The notes beneath the pieces are model-generated. The model had not been told where the DNA came from and searched no databases. It saw only the letters and a program-made list of their open reading frames with translations. Source: Prolixibacteraceae bacterium (lineage in GTDB: Bacteria; Bacteroidota; Bacteroidia; Bacteroidales; Prolixibacteraceae). From it: a DNA stretch of 64,000 nucleotides. Location of the stretch: positions 6,114 through 70,113 of the forward strand of contig DAOQAB010000005.1 of the NCBI GenBank assembly GCA_035353695.1. Direction: 5' to 3'. Positions 53,710 to 61,162 of the stretch are shown piece after piece. The first letter of the stretch is position 1; every line of letters begins with the position of its first letter. Both the position numbers and the translations under genes were made by a program.

Positions 53710-56373
53710 ATGACGGAAGAAATAAATACACCATCACCAGAGGAAGCTCACAAAGGTGAAGAACAGCAACCAGAGACACATGAGTTGAAAACCTTGACAG
53801 GAATGTACCAGTCGTGGTTTCTCGATTATGCATCGTATGTAATCCTGGAGCGTGCTGTGCCGGCCATTGAGGACGGGTTTAAACCTGTTCAGCGGCGTAT
53901 AATGCATGCGATGAAAGAGATGGATGATGGCCGTTTCAACAAGGTGGCCAACATCATTGGACAAACCATGCAGTACCACCCGCACGGTGATGCATCCATT
54001 GGCGATGCGCTGGTGCAGCTTGGTCAAAAAGATTTGCTCATTGATTGTCAGGGTAACTGGGGTAACATTTTAACTGGCGATGGAGCCGCAGCTCCCCGTT
54101 ACATTGAGGCCCGCTTGTCAAAATTTGCCCTCGACGTGGTTTTCAATCCCAAAACGACCGAGTGGCAGCTTTCGTACGACGGAAGGAAAAAGGAGCCGGT
54201 AAGTCTGCCGGTCAAATTTCCGTTGTTATTGGCGCAGGGTGTGGAAGGTATTGCTGTTGGTTTGTCTTCAAAGACATTGCCCCACAATTTCAACGAGTTG
54301 ATCGATGCTTCCATTGCCTATCTTCGGGGCGAACCTTTCGAATTGTATCCCGATTTTCCTACCGGTGGTTATATCGATGTGTCGAAATACAACGATGGAG
54401 CCCGCGGTGGCAATGTGAGGGTTCGTGCCAAAATCGAAAAAGTAGATAGTAAAACGCTGTCAATAACCGAAGTGCCGTTTGGAAAGACAACCTCTACGGT
54501 TATCGAATCGATTATTAAGGCAACCGAAAAAGGGAAAATTAAAATCAAAAAAATCGATGACAATACCGCCGCAAATGTTGAAATCAACATTCAACTGGCT
54601 CCGGGCGTTTCAAGTGACAAAACCATCGATGCACTTTATGCTTTTACCGATTGCGAAATTCCAATCTCACCCAATACGGTTGTAGTTGAAGACGATAAAC
54701 CCAGGTTTGTTGGTGTAAGCGAAGTGCTGAGAAAGAGCACCGATCAGACGGTCCAACTATTAAAGCTTGAGCTCGAAATACGCAAAAGCGAACTGGAAGA
54801 GATGTGGCATTATGCTTCGCTCGAAAAGATTTTTATTGAGGAACGGATTTACAAGGATAAAGAGTTTGAGGAAAGTAAAAATATGGACGAAGCAGTGAAT
54901 CATATCGATTTCAGGCTTACTCCATGGAAACCCAAACTCAAACGGGAAGTAACCCGTGAGGATATTTTGAAGCTGATGGAGATCAAGATGGGCCGTATCC
55001 TGAAATTCAATAAAGACAAGGCCGATGAAAACCTTCTGAACATTGAGAATGAAATTGGCGGAATTTTAAAGGATATTGCCAATATTGTCAATTACACCAT
55101 TGACTATTTTCGCAGGATAAAGAGCAAATATGGTGCAAAGCGCGAGCGGAAGACCGAGATTCGGAGTTTTGAAAATATTGAAGCCAGTAAGGTCATCGTT
55201 GCCAATGAAAAGCTCTATGTCGATTACGAAGAAGGGTTTATGGGTACAAGCCTTAAGAAAGCCGAGTACATTTGCGACTGTTCCGAAATTGACGATATTA
55301 TTGTCTTCCGGAAAGAAGGAACTTATTTTGTAACCAAAGTCTCCGACAAAGCTTTTATTGGAAAGAATATTCAGCACATTTCGGTTTTCAAAAAGAACGA
55401 TAACCGGACCATCTACAATGTGGTTTACCGCGACGGTAAGGCGGGTGCTACCTATATGAAACGTTTTGCGGTTACTGGTGTTACCCGCGATAAGGAATAC
55501 GACATAACACAGGGAACTGCCGGCTCGAAGATCCTTTATTTCAGTGCCAATCCCAATGGTGAGGCTGAAGTGTTGAAGGTAACCCTGAAACCAAAGCCCC
55601 GTCTGAAGAAACTGGTCTTTGAGGTTGATTTGGGAGAGCTGGCCATTAAAGGCCGGCAGTCGATGGGAAATGTGATGACCCGGAATGATGTTCATAAAAT
55701 TGCCTTAAAAGAAAAAGGTATTTCTACCCTGGGTGGACGAAAAATTTGGTTCGATCCCGATGTGAAGCGGCTCAATGCCGATAAACGCGGAGAATACCTG
55801 GGCGAGTTTATGGGCGAAGACCGTTTGCTCATTATTACAAAAAATGGTGATTTTGAAATCTATAATTTTGACCTGTCGAACCACTTTAACGACGATTTGC
55901 TGGCGATCGAGAAGTTCGATCCGGATAAGACGTTGTCGGTGATCTATTGGGACGAAGAACAGGGATATTATTATGTGAAGCGTTTCCAGATTGAAGCCGA
56001 TACCCCAACAAATAAACCTCAGAATTTTATTGGAGAAAATGCAGCCAATAAGCTGATTAGTATTACCTGGGTTCATTATCCACGGTTTGAAATTGAATTT
56101 GGAGGGAAGAATAGCGAACGGGAAAACGAAATTGTTGAAGTTGCCGAATTCATAGGGGTTAAGTCGTTCAAGGCAAAAGGGAAGCGCTTGAGTACTTATC
56201 AGGTCGAAAATATTGTTGAAATAGAGCCTGTTGTTAAAGACGAAGATGATCACCAACCGGTATTGGAGGGTGAGGAGGAAGAGAAGAAGTCGCCCTTTTT
56301 CGATGATATTCCTTTTGAAATCGACCGGGGTGACAAGGAAGATGAAAACCCGAACCAAATGTCGTTGTTCTAG
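53710..56373 (+). CDS. parC: DNA topoisomerase IV subunit A
   Basis: Motifs are AIEDGFKPVQRRI and the catalytic-Tyr block AAPRYIEARLSKFA. No GyrA-box (QRRGGKG) was seen. The C-terminal tail is acidic. Confidence 0.85.
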   Translation: MTEEINTPSPEEAHKGEEQQPETHELKTLTGMYQSWFLDYASYVILERAVPAIEDGFKPVQRRIMHAMKEMDDGRFNKVANIIGQTMQYHPHGDASIGDALVQLGQKDLLIDCQGNWGNILTGDGAAAPRYIEARLSKFALDVVFNPKTTEWQLSYDGRKKEPVSLPVKFPLLLAQGVEGIAVGLSSKTLPHNFNELIDASIAYLRGEPFELYPDFPTGGYIDVSKYNDGARGGNVRVRAKIEKVDSKTLSITEVPFGKTTSTVIESIIKATEKGKIKIKKIDDNTAANVEINIQLAPGVSSDKTIDALYAFTDCEIPISPNTVVVEDDKPRFVGVSEVLRKSTDQTVQLLKLELEIRKSELEEMWHYASLEKIFIEERIYKDKEFEESKNMDEAVNHIDFRLTPWKPKLKREVTREDILKLMEIKMGRILKFNKDKADENLLNIENEIGGILKDIANIVNYTIDYFRRIKSKYGAKRERKTEIRSFENIEASKVIVANEKLYVDYEEGFMGTSLKKAEYICDCSEIDDIIVFRKEGTYFVTKVSDKAFIGKNIQHISVFKKNDNRTIYNVVYRDGKAGATYMKRFAVTGVTRDKEYDITQGTAGSKILYFSANPNGEAEVLKVTLKPKPRLKKLVFEVDLGELAIKGRQSMGNVMTRNDVHKIALKEKGISTLGGRKIWFDPDVKRLNADKRGEYLGEFMGEDRLLIITKNGDFEIYNFDLSNHFNDDLLAIEKFDPDKTLSVIYWDEEQGYYYVKRFQIEADTPTNKPQNFIGENAANKLISITWVHYPRFEIEFGGKNSERENEIVEVAEFIGVKSFKAKGKRLSTYQVENIVEIEPVVKDEDDHQPVLEGEEEEKKSPFFDDIPFEIDRGDKEDENPNQMSLF

Positions 56374-56385
56374 TTCCGACACTCG

Positions 56386-56427
56386 ATGCTGGTTACTGGT
56401 TACTGGATACTGGATGTTGGATTCAAC
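56386..56427. repeat. left arm of element E2: heptamer tandem array ATGCTGG TTACTGG TTACTGG ATACTGG ATGTTGG ATTCAAC
   Basis: Six units lie in a strict 7-nt register, starting 12 nt after the parC stop. Confidence 0.75.
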
Positions 56428-56538
56428 CGCACTTCAGGTGGAATTAAGTTTTAGGGGAAAAGGAATAATCAATAATAAATAAGGAATCAGAAACAAATCG
56501 CTGTCATTCTCGAGACCGAATCTTCGATTATTATCGGA

Positions 56539-56573
56539 CCAGAATCCAGTATCGAGCATCCAGCATCTTTGAT
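56539..56573. repeat. right arm of element E2: inverted heptamers CCAGAAT CCAGTAT CGAGCAT CCAGCAT CTTTGAT
   Basis: The units are reverse complements of the left-arm units. The outermost pair, ATGCTGG with CCAGCAT, is exact. The arm ends 8 nt before the aroK ATG. Confidence 0.75.
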
Positions 56574-56581
56574 CAATTTTT

Positions 56582-57088
56582 ATGCGCATTTATTTAATTG
56601 GCTACATGGGTAGCGGCAAATCGACTGTCGGGAGAGAACTTGCCGAAAAGTTAAAGCTTCAGTTTATCGACCTTGACGGTTATATCGAAGAGCGGAATTT
56701 CAAGACAATTCCTGAGATTTTTGAGGAATCAGGTGAAGAAGGCTTTCGGAAGGTAGAGCAACGGGCTTTACTCGAAGTTTCAGAATTTGAAGATGTGGTT
56801 ATTTCGACGGGTGGGGGAGCGCCCTGCTTTTTCGACAACATGGAGTTGATCAATCGGACCGGGATTTCGCTTTACCTGAATGGTACCCCCCGCATTTTGG
56901 CCGAACGGTTGATGCAATCGAAAACCGAACGTCCACTAATCAAGGGGAAAAGCGAAGAGGAACTGATCAAATTCATCGATGAAACGCTGGAGAAACGGAA
57001 TCATTGGTACAAGCAGTGCCATTTTGAGATCGGATTCGACGATGATATTCAAATCTCGGAAGTGTTGGACGTGTTGAAATTAACTTAG
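56582..57088 (+). CDS. aroK: shikimate kinase
   Basis: 168 aa, with P-loop GYMGSGKSTVG and the STGGG block. Confidence 0.9.
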   Translation: MRIYLIGYMGSGKSTVGRELAEKLKLQFIDLDGYIEERNFKTIPEIFEESGEEGFRKVEQRALLEVSEFEDVVISTGGGAPCFFDNMELINRTGISLYLNGTPRILAERLMQSKTERPLIKGKSEEELIKFIDETLEKRNHWYKQCHFEIGFDDDIQISEVLDVLKLT

Positions 57089-57145
57089 CGGTTTATCCGG
57101 GTTGAACGAAGGGCTATCTTTTTCTCTTTTTTCCTGTGCTTGGTT

Positions 57146-60100
57146 TTAATTTTTGATCAGTTTCTTATAAAACTTTAAGTTCCCATTTTTAATTTCAGCA
57201 ATATAAATTCCACGTTGAAGTTGGAAAACATCAATGTCATTCTTTAAGCGGAGGAGCTTCTTTTTTATCACCATTCTTCCGTCAATACTATATAATTCTA
57301 ATTCAGTTAATCCAGTCGGTAGATGGTTAAATTCAACCGAAATCAAGTTTTTTCCAGGGTTGGGGTAAATATTGACGTCAACTGCTTCTGAAAAGTTCTC
57401 GAATCCGGTACTCGAATAAATGGTGAAATTTTGAGTGAAAAAGATCAAGTCGAGCAACGTATCCCTGAATCCGATCTGATAATCGGAACCAACGAGCTGA
57501 TCTAACGGAATGTTCCAGCTAAAAGCTGTGACATATGCATCGGTTGTATAACCCAGTGTGTCAGTTAAGATATTACCTTTGTAGAGCAAAAGCAGTAAGG
57601 TGTTGTATATTTTGTAGTACCAGGAAACTTGATTGTTCTCACTGCCAATTTCCCATTTTGTATCAATTGTTGGTGCAGAGACTATAATGGTTGGGTTTTC
57701 TATTGAAAAGTAGGGGCTATTCCCTGATATACCCGAAACGGGATCCTTAACTACAATGTAATAATCATTCCCGGGAATCAAATCTGGATTTACATCCCAC
57801 AAAAACGAAAATTGAAAGGTATCTGATGTTTTAAAGATCGTGTCAATAAAGACCTCATTCTTATACAATAAAACAACCAGATTTTTAGCCAAATTGTCGG
57901 ACCACGAAATAAGGTTGTTTGTTGAACCACGGTAGATTTTTGTTCCGGCTTCAGGTCTTACAGCGCTAATGTTTGGTCTCATTATCGAAAATTTCCCGCT
58001 TTTCCCTGTAATATCTGATAAAGTATCCTTTACTACAATTAAAAAATCATTTCCCAAAAGCGTTGGATCCGTAATGGTCCATTCTAAATTATTTTGGTAC
58101 TCGTCGATGGTAAATCCAATTGTATCAAGTACAGTAGCTCCCTTGTATAGAAGAACCAGTAAGTTGTTGTCGATGTTGTCAATCCAGAATATGGAAATTT
58201 TATCGCCTGGGAAGTAACTACTCCAACTTGATGGTGTGCTGATGTTTATGTATGGCTTGCTTTGGGTGAAGAAATTCCCTGTTTCAGACCATCCACCTGA
58301 ACCACATGAATTAAAAGGAGTAACATGCCAGTAATAGGCCGTTGAGTACTCCAGTAAGGTTTCTATCGATTCGCTTGTCACCGTTGTGTCGATAACTATT
58401 TGGTTAAAAATTGAGTCTTTTGAAACCTGTATTCGATAGTTGGCAGCATCCCACCTTTTAGACCATTCGAGGGTTGTCTGAATGGCATTGGATAGAGGGG
58501 TGAATTTATAAGGCCAATTAAGATAGATGGATTCGGCAGATGGAGGGCTACAGGTTATAAAGGTAAAGGAGGATGCCCAGTTTCCGGTGATTCCTTCGTT
58601 ATTAATTGTCCTCACACTCCAGTTGTACCACGAATTGGCCTCAAGGTTTTGCAAAGTCACAGAATCCGCAGCAACCTCTTCAAACACAATTGTGTCATTG
58701 TCTTTTAATACGTTGAGTTGGTAATGAAGGTCCTTATCGGTTGATTGCCATTTTAATACCGGATTCAGATTGACATGGGAGGTGTAGTTTTCAGGGTATA
58801 TCAGGTTGGTTTCTGGCAAATTGACCATTGGCATTACATTTCCTCCCCCGTTTGTCGTTTTTAAAATGAGGCCATTGTATCCGATGACCCATCCGGTTGT
58901 TGAATTTGCAAAACATACGTCTTTAAATTCATTCTGATAGTCTGTTTTTACTATTCCCCAAGAATTTCCGCCATCGTTTGTAATCAGTATTTTACCATTC
59001 CCGGCTGAAATATAGCCAACCTGATTGTCGAGAAAATGGATTTTAAATAAATAACCGTAGTCATAATAATCCATGTCGAACTGTTTTGACCAGGTTAATC
59101 CGCCGTCGGTGGTTTTATAAATCGCTCCACCAACAAACCATCCGGTGTTTTGATTGGTAAAATACAAATCGTTACAGCCGTCGGTATTCCCAATGTCAAT
59201 GGTATTCCAGGTGTTTCCACCATCGGTTGTGTGTATAATCTTGTCCCAGCATCCTGCCCAACCATTTAACTCATCCAGAAAGAAAAGAGATTCTAATCGG
59301 TTGGTGATTCCTGACGTCTGACTATTCCAGGTTGTACCGCCATTGGATGTGTGCAGGATTGTACCACTTTCTCCAACGGCCCATCCTGTCGTTGAGCTGA
59401 TGAAATAAATGGAATACAGTGACTTGGTTGTTCCACTGGTCTGTTGGGTCCAGGTTGTACCACCATCGGTTGAATTCAGAATAGTTCCGTAATATCCGAC
59501 ACACCATCCTCTGTTTGAGTCAATAAATTGAATGTCCTGAAAGCTGTTTGTTGTTTTGCTTTTTTGAACCTTCCAAAAGTTTCCTCCGTTTGTTGTATTG
59601 ATAATCGTTCCGTTTGATCCGGTAGACCAACCTGTTGAGTCATTTACAAAGCAGATGGACTCCAGGGTGTTGGTGGTTCCTCCGTGTCCAATTTGACTCC
59701 AGGTTAAACCTCCGTCGGAGGTTTTCAGAATTGTGCCGTTATCCCCTGCAATGTATCCGGTGAGTGTCGATTCAAACTGCACCGACCTGAGCGAAGTTGA
59801 TGATAACAGTGGTAGGCTCACATTGGACCAGTTTGTGCCATTATTGGAGGTATATAAAATCAACCCATTTTCACCTACAGCCACAGTCTTCTCCTGGTCA
59901 ATGGATCCAACATCATAAAGCCATTTGCTCTCATTGAAGGTATAAGTAGTCCAGGTTTCTCCTCCATCTTCGGTTTTCCACATGGCAGCTTTTTCTCCCT
60001 CAATATTAACAGATGATGATCCCCACTCATCGGTTGTGATTGTTGATTTGAAATAGGTTACCCCGGCTATCCAGCCTTTCATGGTATTGAGGAAACGAAG

Positions 60101-60718
60101 ACGTTTCATCCAAACATTTCCTAAATCCAAACCGGTCCAGTTGGTTCCTCCATCTTGAGATGTGTATAATTCGGCTTTTGTTCCCGATCCCCAGCCTGCG
60201 GCTATCAGTTTATTCGCATCGAAAGCATGGAATCCTTCTATGTATGAAAAGGATTCTGTGTTATATTGTGTAACCCAGGTTTCGCCACCATCTGTTGTTT
60301 TTTTTATAATGTGGTTTGTCCCGCACGCCCATCCGGTTTGTGGATCGATGAATTTTACGCAATACAATGTATTGTTTATCCCTGAATTCTGATTGGTCCA
60401 GGTCTCTCCTCCATCGATGGTTTTTCGGATTATGCCGCTGGCACCAACCACAAAACCAGTTGTAGGGCTGATAAATTCGACATCGTAAAGCTTGCCCGAA
60501 GTGTAAGAATTTTTTTTACGCCAGTTAATTCCACCGTCAGTTGATTTAATGATTGTTCCGTTATCTCCTACAGCCACGATTGTACCTGGTATCACAATTT
60601 CCAAATCGAAAAGCGATTCGGTTGTTGCGGGTGGGCTTTGTTGTATCCAGTCGGCATTTTGTGCTGATAAACTAATGGCCCAGGCGAGGAGAAGAAAATA
60701 TAGAATTTGTTTCTTCAT
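57146..60718 (-). CDS. 1190-aa T9SS cargo: two Ycf48/BNR-like beta-propeller regions, two FN3-like domains, three tandem ~85-aa repeats, CTD
   Basis: About 13 blades follow the pattern G..G.I..T.DGG.TW. There are two FN3-like segments. Three repeats have the form ..W.....NL.VLLYK......T.......F.W........G.DY.I.V.D. The C-terminus reads VNIYPNPGKN...GIYIAEIKNGNLKFYKKLIKN. Confidence 0.8.
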   Translation of the reverse strand: MKKQILYFLLLAWAISLSAQNADWIQQSPPATTESLFDLEIVIPGTIVAVGDNGTIIKSTDGGINWRKKNSYTSGKLYDVEFISPTTGFVVGASGIIRKTIDGGETWTNQNSGINNTLYCVKFIDPQTGWACGTNHIIKKTTDGGETWVTQYNTESFSYIEGFHAFDANKLIAAGWGSGTKAELYTSQDGGTNWTGLDLGNVWMKRLRFLNTMKGWIAGVTYFKSTITTDEWGSSSVNIEGEKAAMWKTEDGGETWTTYTFNESKWLYDVGSIDQEKTVAVGENGLILYTSNNGTNWSNVSLPLLSSTSLRSVQFESTLTGYIAGDNGTILKTSDGGLTWSQIGHGGTTNTLESICFVNDSTGWSTGSNGTIINTTNGGNFWKVQKSKTTNSFQDIQFIDSNRGWCVGYYGTILNSTDGGTTWTQQTSGTTKSLYSIYFISSTTGWAVGESGTILHTSNGGTTWNSQTSGITNRLESLFFLDELNGWAGCWDKIIHTTDGGNTWNTIDIGNTDGCNDLYFTNQNTGWFVGGAIYKTTDGGLTWSKQFDMDYYDYGYLFKIHFLDNQVGYISAGNGKILITNDGGNSWGIVKTDYQNEFKDVCFANSTTGWVIGYNGLILKTTNGGGNVMPMVNLPETNLIYPENYTSHVNLNPVLKWQSTDKDLHYQLNVLKDNDTIVFEEVAADSVTLQNLEANSWYNWSVRTINNEGITGNWASSFTFITCSPPSAESIYLNWPYKFTPLSNAIQTTLEWSKRWDAANYRIQVSKDSIFNQIVIDTTVTSESIETLLEYSTAYYWHVTPFNSCGSGGWSETGNFFTQSKPYINISTPSSWSSYFPGDKISIFWIDNIDNNLLVLLYKGATVLDTIGFTIDEYQNNLEWTITDPTLLGNDFLIVVKDTLSDITGKSGKFSIMRPNISAVRPEAGTKIYRGSTNNLISWSDNLAKNLVVLLYKNEVFIDTIFKTSDTFQFSFLWDVNPDLIPGNDYYIVVKDPVSGISGNSPYFSIENPTIIVSAPTIDTKWEIGSENNQVSWYYKIYNTLLLLLYKGNILTDTLGYTTDAYVTAFSWNIPLDQLVGSDYQIGFRDTLLDLIFFTQNFTIYSSTGFENFSEAVDVNIYPNPGKNLISVEFNHLPTGLTELELYSIDGRMVIKKKLLRLKNDIDVFQLQRGIYIAEIKNGNLKFYKKLIKN

Positions 60719-61162
60719 AATGGACAGAATTTTTTCGTTCGTATATCAATACCAGAATCGAAGTTTCAATTATCGTGTGTAAATGAAAACTCCACCCAAA
60801 AAACATCCATAAATACAAAAGATATGAAAATCAATTGATTTTTCATATAACCGGAGTTTTTTTTCACGGTTACAAATACAAAATCATTTCTTCCCGGACC
60901 GATTGAAATCAATTCGTGAGCTTTTTCGCAGGCTGCAGAAATATCGCTTCTGGGCGAATTGGTGTCGAATAAATTATCAATCCGGTTTAAAAATTCGTCA
61001 TGGCTTGTAGCGACCTGAAATCTTTATTGTCGTTTTTTTGTGATCCTGATTGTCTCTGGTTTTTTATCGTATGAAAATATTTTGTCATTTGTTGTGCTGT
61101 TTTATACAATCATTTGACTAACTTTCCGTTGTCATCAAACATAAACTAATTTCACAAAATTT

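Noticed and set aside
51595-56373. Alternative call of these two genes as gyrB/gyrA.
   Set aside because: The A subunit lacks a GyrA-box (QRRGGKG-like) in its C-terminal domain, and the B subunit has the [17 protein letters not shown] pattern typical of Bacteroidota ParE. The adjacent parE-parC arrangement also fits. A phylogenetic placement would settle it.
56428-56538. Possible coding remnant in the core of element E2 (plus frame STALQVELSFRGKGIINNK*).
   Set aside because: It has no start codon and no motif resembling the four-helix-bundle family or anything else I recognise. It is left as non-coding.
60822-60848. A near-perfect AT-rich palindrome, TATGAAAATCAATTGATTTTTCATA, followed by a T-run.
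   Set aside because: No gene ends nearby on the plus strand, and the stem is pure A/T with one extra T. The evidence is not sufficient to call a terminator or operator.
60769-61023. An 85-codon stop-to-stop open frame on the minus strand in the 445-bp gap upstream of the 1190-aa gene (…HDEFLNRIDNLFDTNSPRSDISAACEKAHELISIGPGRNDFVFVTVKK…).
   Set aside because: It looks protein-like but has no ATG, GTG or TTG start until near its end, and I cannot assign a family. It may be a decayed gene fragment, but that is not supportable without a search (tblastn/blastx of 60760-61030).
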